From contig CAVWXH010000003.1 in assembly GCA_963758915.1 (NCBI GenBank), forward strand, positions 192,001-256,000: a stretch of DNA of 64,000 bases, read 5' to 3'. Below, piece by piece: positions 1 through 8,525 of the stretch. The translations under genes were made by a program, and so were the position numbers. This DNA comes from an uncultured Methanomicrobiales archaeon. GTDB taxonomy: Archaea; Halobacteriota; Methanomicrobia; Methanomicrobiales; Methanospirillaceae. How positions within the stretch are numbered: position 1 is the first letter of the stretch; each line of letters starts with the position of its first letter. The notes under the pieces are model-generated. The model was given only the letters and a program-made list of their open reading frames with translations, did no database searches and was not told the DNA's origin.

Positions 1-350
1 CAGGCACTTCCTGTCCGGTCGTCGAGACACTGGACGGGTGTGATGCCTGTATCCTTGTGACGGAATCAACGCCGTTCGGCCTGCACGACCTCCGGCTTGC
101 CGTCGATGTCGCTGGCCGGCTGGGTATTCCCACAGGGATCGTCATCAACCGGAGCGATGGAAAGGACCAGGCAACACTCGAATTCTGCAGGGACCAGGAC
201 CTTGAGGTGATGATGACCATTCCCTTCGACCGGGAGATTGCCGCCATCCAGAGCAGGGGAGATCTCCTCTGCCAGGTACAACCGGAATGGCAGAAGGCAT
301 TTACCGCTCTGTTTGTTAAATGCAGCAAACTTGCCGGGGTGACCCGATGA
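1..350 (+). CDS. MinD-superfamily P-loop ATPase with ferredoxin insert, C-terminal part (5' truncated)
   Basis: PGTSCPVVE..VTESTPFGLHDL..GIVINR..IPFDREIA motifs; stop overlaps next ATG (ATGA 347-350). Confidence 0.85.
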   Translation, partial: GTSCPVVETLDGCDACILVTESTPFGLHDLRLAVDVAGRLGIPTGIVINRSDGKDQATLEFCRDQDLEVMMTIPFDREIAAIQSRGDLLCQVQPEWQKAFTALFVKCSKLAGVTR

Positions 351-1232
351 TCCGGGTTGCGGTTATCAGCGGCAAGGGTGGGACGGGAAAGACAATGATC
401 ACCGCTGCGCTTGCCCAGTTGCTCCCCGGAAGCCTCGTGCTTGCGGACTGCGATGTGGACGCAGCGAACCTTGAGCTACTCCTTTGCCCGGGACTCATCC
501 GGACAGAACCGTTTATGGGGATGAAAACCGCGGTGATCGATCCCGCCTGCTGCAACCAATGCGGGGAGTGCATGGAGCACTGCCGGTTTGGTGCAATCGG
601 ACATGACGGGGATCAATACAGGGTAAATCCGATCCGCTGTGAAGGGTGTGCCGTATGCGTCCATGTCTGTCCCATCGCCATCACGATGCAGCCACGACAG
701 ACTGGAGAGGTGATGTATTCAGACACAGAACGGGGCCACCTTGTACATGCCAGGCTTGTGCCGGGCGCAGGCAACTCCGGTCTGCTCGTCCATGCGGTGA
801 AAAAAACTGCCATGGAACGGGATCGGAATTGCGACCTTTTCCTGATCGATGGTCCACCCGGGACCGGTTGCCCGCTCATCTCCACGATCAGCGGCGTGGA
901 TATTGTACTGATTGTAACTGAACCGAGTGTTTCAGGGTTACATGATCTCAAGCGGGTGGTAGCAGTCTGCAGGCAGTTCCGGCCACGGGTCCTTGTTGCC
1001 ATTAACAGGTTCGACCTGGAACAGCACACTTACTCAAGCAATACAAACATGGTGCAGTGAAGAGAATATTCCGGTAATCGGTAAGATCCCCTTTGATCCT
1101 GCAGTCATTGAATCAGTCCGGAAAGGAGTTCCCGTCACGCAGGCAGGAACATCTCCCGCAGCAGAAGCCATTCAAATGCTGAAGTCTAATCTTGAACAGG
1201 AGTTGATGCACTATAGAGACCAGCGGAAATGA
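347..1232 (+). CDS. MinD-superfamily ATPase with 2x[4Fe-4S] insert, frameshifted near 1020
   Basis: SGKGGTGKT, DCDVDAANL, two CxxCxxCxxxC motifs, DGPPGTGCP; C-terminus (EENIPVIGKIPFD) lies in another frame (ORF 993..1232). Confidence 0.85.
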
Positions 1233-1656
1233 GGGGGCCTGCTGCCGGCGGCGTGGAAGACCCCGGATGAACCGGTCATTTAATGGCTCACCATCTGCAC
1301 GGTGCTATGCGCCACGATGCGGCCCGGACAACAACGGGGAGTGTGTTTCGCTGCTCCCCGAAGAGCTGGCAGTACTTGACCTGATCGACCTTCAGGGCCT
1401 TGAGCAGGAAATGGCTGCAGCAGCACTTGGGATTTCCCGGAAGACGGTCTGGCGGGATATCCATGAGGCACACCGCAAGATCGCCGATGCTCTTGTTCAT
1501 GGTAAAGCCCTTGAGATTGGAGGATGCCTTCGCAGGAGAAACGGGATATGCCCGCTTCGGAATACAGGTATCTGCCCGAAAGATAAGGGTAGTAACGGTC
1601 ACCTCCAGCCAGATGACAGGGTGGACGCAGAACAGAGTGATATCTATCAGGAATAG
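1213..1656 (+). CDS. DUF134 HTH DNA-binding protein; start uncertain (ATA 1213 or ATG 1267)
   Basis: EELAVLDLIDLQGLEQEMAAAALGISRKTVWRDIHEAHRKIADALV; in-frame RRRGRPR upstream of ATG 1267. Confidence 0.8.
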   Translation: METSGNEGACCRRRGRPRMNRSFNGSPSARCYAPRCGPDNNGECVSLLPEELAVLDLIDLQGLEQEMAAAALGISRKTVWRDIHEAHRKIADALVHGKALEIGGCLRRRNGICPLRNTGICPKDKGSNGHLQPDDRVDAEQSDIYQE

Positions 1657-1796
1657 CGATAGTAAATTCTGAGGAGGCTCGTTGGATCGAATAGTTTTTT
1701 TCCCCTATTCTTATTAAACGATGATTCATTGGCAGGCTATTTCTCTAAAAAATCCCTAACAGTAATAGAAAGTTTTCTCATCAGGAGCAAGTGACC

Positions 1797-2243
1797 ATGG
1801 GAGATACAATCAAACTCGGAATCATCATCTGCGACCGGTACCGGACCTGTGCAGGGGGCAAGTGCATGCGTGCGCTGCATAACCGTGAAGGCGCGTTTGA
1901 GCGGTACAAAGGAAAAGACGTGGAACTGGTCGGGTTTGCCACCTGTAACGGGTGCCCCGGCGGCAATGTCGAGTACGTACCCCAGGAGATGAAGAACAAC
2001 GGCGCTGAGGTCATCCACCTTGCTACAGGCATGATCGTCGGGTATCCTCCGTGTCCCCGGATTTCCTATTTTTCCAGGTTCATTAAAGAAAAATACGGGA
2101 TGGACGTCGTGGTCGGCACGCACCCGATCCCGGAAAAATATTATAAAACCCACCAGGAACTCGGCTCGTGGGATACAAACGCCTGGAAAGATCTCATCGC
2201 ACCAACGCTTTCTGACGAGAAAATGCGGCTCGCATATGATTAG
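1797..2243 (+). CDS. CGGC-domain metal-binding protein
   Basis: GIIICDRYRTCAGGKC, GFATCNGCPG, HLATG..PPCP, VVGTH. Confidence 0.85.
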   Translation: MGDTIKLGIIICDRYRTCAGGKCMRALHNREGAFERYKGKDVELVGFATCNGCPGGNVEYVPQEMKNNGAEVIHLATGMIVGYPPCPRISYFSRFIKEKYGMDVVVGTHPIPEKYYKTHQELGSWDTNAWKDLIAPTLSDEKMRLAYD

Positions 2244-2308
2244 GGAGTCCTTGAACTTTTGAAAAAAAAGTCTGGTCTTTATCATATCCCCACACCAACA
2301 GTCCACGG

Positions 2309-2620
2309 ATGACTACCCGATCGACCATGACCATTCCGGAAGCTGCTGGGGTGCTGGGTATTACCGGTAAGGAAAGCCTGAACGGAATTCATGCCCGATT
2401 CCATTCACTGATCAAAGAGTGGCACCCTGATGTCTCACAGCATGATCCTAACCTTTCCCATATCATGCTCATCCGCATAAAAGAGGCATATGTCATTCTG
2501 GTGGAGTACGGTATGAATTATGAATTGTCGTTCAAAGCAGAGGATATCAGGAAAGGCTCTGAATATGACTCAAAGGAGTTCTGGATGAGTCATTTTGGTG
2601 ATGACCCTATCTGGAACTGA
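2309..2620 (+). CDS. Small J-domain (DnaJ-like) protein
   Basis: LIKEWHPD motif, IKEAYVIL, conserved-looking W..HFGDDPIW tail. Confidence 0.8.
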   Translation: MTTRSTMTIPEAAGVLGITGKESLNGIHARFHSLIKEWHPDVSQHDPNLSHIMLIRIKEAYVILVEYGMNYELSFKAEDIRKGSEYDSKEFWMSHFGDDPIWN

Positions 2621-2849
2621 GTAATATCCACAAGCACATCCGGTACCTCCATCATTACGTAAAAAAAAAATTACATAGAATTTAACTCTGGCGTGGTAGG
2701 TACAACGGTTTACTCCCCGGATATCAGAATAAAAATTACTATGATGCAGGATTGCAGCCTGTCACACGATGGTTGCCCTTAACAATCTTTTTAAGTATTT
2801 ATGCGCATATGAGTAATTATGGTGCCTGAGTGGTACCAGGAGAATATCA

Positions 2850-3104
2850 ATGCCAGTATTAAATGGAACGGGACCACAAGGAAATGGTCCATTCGGCGGC
2901 AGAAGATTTCGCCGATGCCACATACCAGAGGTCCCCTCACAGGAACCGGTAACAGCGGCACTGCCAGATCAGGAAATCAATGTGGGTGTGGTATCACAGG
3001 ATTCCCCACAGAAGACAACATTATACGGCCGGGGCCGTGGTGGAGTGCCCTGTGGGTGCGGACCAGGTTTAGGTTTCAATGGCTCCAGGCGCCTCCAGAG
3101 ATAG
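2850..3104 (+). CDS. DUF5320-like small Gly/Arg-rich protein
   Basis: MPxxNGTGPxGxGP..GR and YGRGRGG.PCGCG motifs. Confidence 0.7.
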   Translation: MPVLNGTGPQGNGPFGGRRFRRCHIPEVPSQEPVTAALPDQEINVGVVSQDSPQKTTLYGRGRGGVPCGCGPGLGFNGSRRLQR

Positions 3105-3131
3105 TCCATTCAATATTTTTGAGGTTTTTTT

Positions 3132-3491
3132 ATGAAAGTTGCTATCGCAAAAGAAGGAGATATGGTATCCGAGCATTTCGGCCACTGTACTGAATATGCA
3201 GTGTTCGTTATCGAAAAGTCAAAGATCATCTCACGGGAAATTCTCGAGAGCCCCGGGCACGAGCCGGGAAAGTTGCCGCCATTCCTTGCCTCGCATAAGG
3301 TTACGCACGTCCTCGCAGGCGGCATGGGCCCACGGGCAGTAGACCTGTTCTGCGCAAATAATATCGAGGTTTTCCTTGGGGTACGGGGCAGGATCGATAC
3401 CGTGATTAAGGATTTCATAGCAGGAAACATCGCACAGGGTGAGAGCAGCTGCACCCATGGCGAAGAAGGGCACGAGTGCAGCGGGCATTAA
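3132..3491 (+). CDS. NifB/NifX family FeMo-cluster-binding protein
   Basis: VSEHFGHC, GGMGPRA, His/Cys-rich tail. Confidence 0.88.
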   Translation: MKVAIAKEGDMVSEHFGHCTEYAVFVIEKSKIISREILESPGHEPGKLPPFLASHKVTHVLAGGMGPRAVDLFCANNIEVFLGVRGRIDTVIKDFIAGNIAQGESSCTHGEEGHECSGH

Positions 3492-3664
3492 CCCCCGTTG
3501 ATCACTGCACCACCCTCAGTGATGAGGATGCACTCCGCATTTTACTATGATGGGAAGGGAATCTTCATTCAATAGTTGAAAAACGGCCCCTCAATCGTAT
3601 AATTTGAATAAACTGGGATTAAGACAGTAAATACTCACGAGCACGATACCAGGATGAAATCATT

Positions 3665-4537
3665 ATGACCAAACCACAATCTTCCAAAGCATCGAGTTGC
3701 GATGAGAACTGCAGCTCATGCTCATCAGAACAAGCAACGCATGCCCAAAAAGGGCTTCCACCAAAAGCGAACATCGATGTGAAACATGTAATCCTTGTGT
3801 TGAGCGGCAAGGGAGGCGTTGGTAAATCAACCGTCGCCGTCAACCTTGCCTTTGCGCTTTCCAACCACGGAAGGAATACAGGGTTGCTCGACCTTGATTT
3901 CCACGGCCCCAGCATTCCGAAAATGCTCGGCATCGAAGACCAGAGGCCTGCTGTGCTTGATAAAGCCCTGGAGCCGGTCCATGTCACCGGCACCCTCGCG
4001 GTCATGTCAATGGCATTCCTGTTGCCGGACACGAGCAGCCCGGTGGTGTGGAGAGGGCCGATGAAGATGGCTGCAATCCAGCAGTTCCTTACTGAAGTGA
4101 ACTGGGGCCCGCTTGATTACCTGGTCGTCGATCTGCCACCAGGGACCGGAGACGAGGCACTGAGTATCGCGCAACTGGCCCCGAACCTGCGTGGTGCGGT
4201 CATCGTCACGACACCACAGGATGTCGCCGTCCTTGATGCCGTCAAGGCAATAAAATTTATCGAAAAACTGGAGATGCCGGTGATAGGAGTCATCGAAAAC
4301 ATGAGCGGGATGGTCTGTCCACACTGTGGGGTTACGATAGATCTGTTCGGCATGGGTGGCGGGGAGAAAGCAGCACATGATTTCGGCGTGCCTTACCTGG
4401 GAGCTATCCCCCTTGATCCGGCAATGGTAAAAGCAGGTGACGAAGGACGCCCGTACATCCTTCGCCATGCAGATTCACCCACCTGGAAAGCGGTGGATGC
4501 CGTGATGGAGAACCTGGTTAACGTGGTTGAGTCATAA
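3665..4537 (+). CDS. mrp: Mrp/NBP35 Fe-S cluster carrier ATPase
   Basis: N-terminal Cys motif, SGKGGVGKST, WRGPMK, DLPPGTGDE, ENMS..CPHC. Confidence 0.93.
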   Translation: MTKPQSSKASSCDENCSSCSSEQATHAQKGLPPKANIDVKHVILVLSGKGGVGKSTVAVNLAFALSNHGRNTGLLDLDFHGPSIPKMLGIEDQRPAVLDKALEPVHVTGTLAVMSMAFLLPDTSSPVVWRGPMKMAAIQQFLTEVNWGPLDYLVVDLPPGTGDEALSIAQLAPNLRGAVIVTTPQDVAVLDAVKAIKFIEKLEMPVIGVIENMSGMVCPHCGVTIDLFGMGGGEKAAHDFGVPYLGAIPLDPAMVKAGDEGRPYILRHADSPTWKAVDAVMENLVNVVES

Positions 4538-4591
4538 TGAAGATTATTTTTTTAATGGACCTTAATTGAACGTCACGAGGGTGTGCCTGGT

Positions 4592-4897
4592 ATGGGAAGG
4601 TATTCCGGTATTCCCGAACTGCTCGAACAGTTCATGGATGAGCATGAGACTGATGAGCGGTGGATCACCGTTCACGAACTCCGTGACCGTTTCAACCTCA
4701 CACGGTACCAGTGTAATACCGTTTCCGGGTTCCTGCGCCGGCTCAAATTCGGGACATTCGGGCGGTTCCAGTTTATTGTCGTAACAATTGAGCGGGTGCA
4801 TGGTGCGAACCCGTCAGATCCTAAAAACTGCCGTTACCTGGTCAAGCGAAAAAGCTGGCTGCTTCAAAAGAACAGTCTGAACGAAAAGATGGAATGA
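4592..4897 (+). CDS. Hypothetical small protein, possibly winged-helix
   Basis: Clean ORF; WITVHELRDRFNL..VSGFLRRL looks HTH-like. Confidence 0.55.
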   Translation: MGRYSGIPELLEQFMDEHETDERWITVHELRDRFNLTRYQCNTVSGFLRRLKFGTFGRFQFIVVTIERVHGANPSDPKNCRYLVKRKSWLLQKNSLNEKME

Positions 4898-5225
4898 AAA
4901 CCTGGTAATTAAGAGATAATTACTCCACGAACTGATGACTACCTGATCGCCAACATCGCTGCATCCCATCTGCCCCGGGAACACCGCCAGTATCCTTCAC
5001 AGGTCCCGATCATTTGAGCGATACGCTGTGTCGGTCTTATCAGATTTTTAAGCCCGAATTCATGGAAAATCGTTGTATCAGTCTTCTAATCGGGAGTGCA
5101 TGGTTCTTTTTCCGTAAGAAAACGACCACCTGATTCGCAAATAGTTTATTCAAAAACGGGGCAGATACCCTGGATTGATAGTATGATTTTTGCATCGGTT
5201 GAGTGTGTTGTTAACAGTTCATCCC

Positions 5226-6428
5226 TTAATTATTCAATTGCCGGATAACCTCTTCTCGCACCTTGTTCAGGGGGATTTTCAATGTTCGTGCGATCTGTTT
5301 CAGGTCCTCGTATTCCGGCTTTTTAGCGATGATGCTGCCATTCACGGTGGAGGTCTTCACACTGATAGCAAATTCCTGCCCCCGGACTATTACCTTCATC
5401 GTTTGTCGGGAACGATGAGCGACTAACCTGGGAATATCAAGAATCCTCACGCCAAGAGTCCCGGTTTCTTCCATCAGAATTTCCATTAGCCCCGGGTAGT
5501 CCAGTTGATTCGTAATGACATGCAGGATCTGTACTGGCCGGTTCTTTTTTCCGGATGCCGTTGTGACATATACGTCAACGGCACCTGCTTCGCGGAGTCG
5601 TTCAAGCGTGTAACCGACGGTTTCTCCTGGGACGTCATCGAGATTAGTCTCGAGCATGATGATCCGGTCCTGGATAGCATCAAAATTTGTTCCTTCAACA
5701 ACTCTCAGGACAGAGGGCCTTTCCTTTATGCTCCGTGAACCTGTCCCATAACCTGTTTTCAACGGTGTCATGGGCGGATATGCATCGACAATTCTCTCTG
5801 CGAGGTTGGCAAAAATTGCGATTCCTGTCGGGGTAGACAACTCCGTATCCGCCGGAAATGATGAATACGGGACCTGGTGGCGACAGAGGATCTCTAATGT
5901 TGCAGGGGCCGGGCAGGCAATTTCACCGGTTGCAATCCGGGCAAACCCGGACCCAAGTACCGGAGGGGTCCCGTAAATTTGCCCTTCCAGAAATCCGTGG
6001 TGATCGAGAAGGGATATTGATCCGAGAATGTCAAAGAGCGTATCGACAGAAGCCATCTCGCGATGATGAAAACCGGAGCGATGGAGTTTCGCATCGGCTG
6101 CAAAAAGGTCAGAAATAATGGATTGTGTTTTTTGTTGTGCTGTCTCTGACAGGCCTGCCTTTTTTGCGATAGTGTCTGCTGAACTCCGCATATCGTCATG
6201 ATTCCTGTGATTTTTCTCCTTGATATCGAGGATAAGTTTCTTTGCAGAAATTCCACCTGCGTCGACATCCTGGACCTGGCAAGAAAAATGTTCACAGGAG
6301 GGTAGCTCGTTGATAGCATCCACCAGTGGAACGAGAAGATCGCCGGACCCCGTAAGGTCCACGAGCGCTGCAAGAAGCATATCTCCGGATATTCCGGCAA
6401 TTTTAGGGTCAATTACCAGGACTTTCAT
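5226..6428 (-). CDS. larC: LarC (DUF111) family nickel insertase-like protein
   Basis: AGISGDM, PAPATLEIL, ELSTPTG, LETNLDD, KKNRP, ETGTLGVR, KPEYED. Confidence 0.88.
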   Translation of the reverse strand: MKVLVIDPKIAGISGDMLLAALVDLTGSGDLLVPLVDAINELPSCEHFSCQVQDVDAGGISAKKLILDIKEKNHRNHDDMRSSADTIAKKAGLSETAQQKTQSIISDLFAADAKLHRSGFHHREMASVDTLFDILGSISLLDHHGFLEGQIYGTPPVLGSGFARIATGEIACPAPATLEILCRHQVPYSSFPADTELSTPTGIAIFANLAERIVDAYPPMTPLKTGYGTGSRSIKERPSVLRVVEGTNFDAIQDRIIMLETNLDDVPGETVGYTLERLREAGAVDVYVTTASGKKNRPVQILHVITNQLDYPGLMEILMEETGTLGVRILDIPRLVAHRSRQTMKVIVRGQEFAISVKTSTVNGSIIAKKPEYEDLKQIARTLKIPLNKVREEVIRQLNN

Positions 6429-6440
6429 GCCAGATATTTC

Positions 6441-8282
6441 CTATGCTGCCACGGGCTGGTTCAAACGGGTATAGATCTTTTTTGCGAGCCGGGCTACTTC
6501 AAACGCCCGGTCACGGGCACCGGGTATCGCCTTGGTAAGGTAGGCACCGGTTTCTGCCCGTTTTGATGCGGCCTTTGCATCTTCGCCAAGCAGGGTCGCG
6601 ACTGCTGCGGGTACTGTTACATTGATGATAGTATGGCCGATATATTGCAGTTCCTGGGTGAGTACAGCTCCTGCAAAAAGAGCCGTCCCCATATCCGGGT
6701 TTTCCCGGGCTTTTTCGTTGAGAGCGAATTCAGGGACGGCTTTTGCCGCCAGGTTTTCAATGTGGTACGGTTTACCATCAATGGTGATATCATAGGACAC
6801 ATGGGAGTCAAAGGCCCAGTACCTTTTGGTGAATTCGTCAGTCCGTCTCCCCTGTGGTTTTATTGTGGTAAATTTCAGTGAGATTTTATGACCGGTAAAC
6901 CCGGATAACACCGCTGAACCACGGGACTCGACTGCCGCTTTTCGTTCTTCATCGAGTGCTCGTGCCGCCTCTTCTACGGATTTACCTGCCTTCATCATCT
7001 CGTACACCGTTACTGCCCGGCGGTAGATTGCCCGGTCACGGACATCCTCGCTTGCAAGGATGCAGGCGTGGGAGACTGAACCCCTTGAAACCGTCTCGGC
7101 TTTCCGTGCGATGGTATTGAGTGAGCAGAGCGCCATCTCGGGGTCGATAAAGGAATTCATCTTATAATCGGTGATGGCTTCAGCAACAGGATATGGATCT
7201 CCCCTGTGTTTGATGAGCAGTCGAATTGCAGGCATGCAGTCCCCGCACACATGACCCAGGGGCGGGTTGACCGGACCTCCTGAGAACCCTGCTCCTATCA
7301 TCGGGGCCTCTTCAAAACCCGCAAATATTTCTTCGAATGCCATTGACGCAATGACTGAAGGGCCGCCGATATCTTTGAGTATGAGTCCGAAATCCCCGAT
7401 TACCCTGGCTGTATCATACTCCTCATGGGTCCCCCGGACATGGATCTTCGGGGGTAGTTTTGCTGCATCTCTCGCACCCTTTCCTGCAATATAGGCAGTA
7501 TCAACATCCCCGAAGGTCCCGAATTCCTCCCCGAGTGCTGCATCCGGATGAATCATCTCGAGCGCCACAGCCGCTCCAATAAGTGCCGGCCAGAGCGGGT
7601 ATGCAGTTATTCCGGCGCCATGCATGCTTTTCAATATCGCTTCGGTACCCACTCTTGCGGTATTGCTGGCAAGCTCGGGGATATTAATGTCCTCCCCAAG
7701 CGCACTGTGGCCGTAAATCGCCCCACCTGCAATGAATGGCGGAAGCACCGCCCCGTCCACCCGGGTGAGTTTCTTATCCATGAGCTCGTTATAGACAGCC
7801 AGGTACGCAGGGAATGCAGGTATTTTATGGGTAAACTTTCCCGTCGTGAGTGCGATTGCACTCGTCCGTGGCGCTCCCGCGTGCATCCTCGCGATCGCAC
7901 CGAGCTTCCGGTTCCCGAGGGGGACGCCTGACCGTGCACAGGAACCTGTGAAATAGGCTAGGGTTGCGACGATCAATGCCGCATTCTCGGGAGCTGCACC
8001 GGCCAGCATTGCCTGGCGGATCGCCTTTTGCATTACCATGTCAAGCGGCAGACTTCCCGCAGCAGCATCAACAAGAGTCATCCGGCTCAGAAGTTCCATA
8101 TCCGAGGAGCCTGTACTGCAGAATACGTCCTCTGCAAGTGAATTTGCTGCACAATAGACAGGTATTACTAATGATCCGTGCCCTTTGGTCGCCGCTTCAA
8201 GCTTGTCGTTTGTCATATAATCTGGTTTAAAGGTGGCTGCAGCCTGTGTAGCCAGTAAGATCTTCTCCCTCTCTTCGGTCAT
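6441..8282 (-). CDS. Hypothetical 613-aa soluble protein of unknown function
   Basis: Long ORF ending 12 bp before larC; no family recognised. Confidence 0.85.
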   Translation of the reverse strand: MTEEREKILLATQAAATFKPDYMTNDKLEAATKGHGSLVIPVYCAANSLAEDVFCSTGSSDMELLSRMTLVDAAAGSLPLDMVMQKAIRQAMLAGAAPENAALIVATLAYFTGSCARSGVPLGNRKLGAIARMHAGAPRTSAIALTTGKFTHKIPAFPAYLAVYNELMDKKLTRVDGAVLPPFIAGGAIYGHSALGEDINIPELASNTARVGTEAILKSMHGAGITAYPLWPALIGAAVALEMIHPDAALGEEFGTFGDVDTAYIAGKGARDAAKLPPKIHVRGTHEEYDTARVIGDFGLILKDIGGPSVIASMAFEEIFAGFEEAPMIGAGFSGGPVNPPLGHVCGDCMPAIRLLIKHRGDPYPVAEAITDYKMNSFIDPEMALCSLNTIARKAETVSRGSVSHACILASEDVRDRAIYRRAVTVYEMMKAGKSVEEAARALDEERKAAVESRGSAVLSGFTGHKISLKFTTIKPQGRRTDEFTKRYWAFDSHVSYDITIDGKPYHIENLAAKAVPEFALNEKARENPDMGTALFAGAVLTQELQYIGHTIINVTVPAAVATLLGEDAKAASKRAETGAYLTKAIPGARDRAFEVARLAKKIYTRLNQPVAA

Positions 8283-8525
8283 TATTCAAACCCCGGTTTC
8301 TAATTGGTAATAGGTGGTGGTTCAGATAATAGTTGGGATGTGCAGCGGTCAATATTTACGCCCATTGTGGCCTCATTCGACCAAGCATTCACCCGCCTGG
8401 AGGTCCGCTTTATGGAGATCTGCTGTATGAGGTCCGATTTTTAATATTCACACATATTGCACAGGTTACCCGTATACCCGGGGCCATTGGTCACGATGAT
8501 GATATGAACCAATTAAAGGGGAGGG

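Noticed and set aside
1204-1206. In-frame TGA next to Cys codons as possible selenocysteine
   Set aside because: No SECIS seen, and this lineage is not known to use Sec.
3515-3560. Box C-like TGATGA motifs (also near 4932 and 60135) as C/D sRNAs
   Set aside because: No correctly spaced D'/D CTGA boxes.
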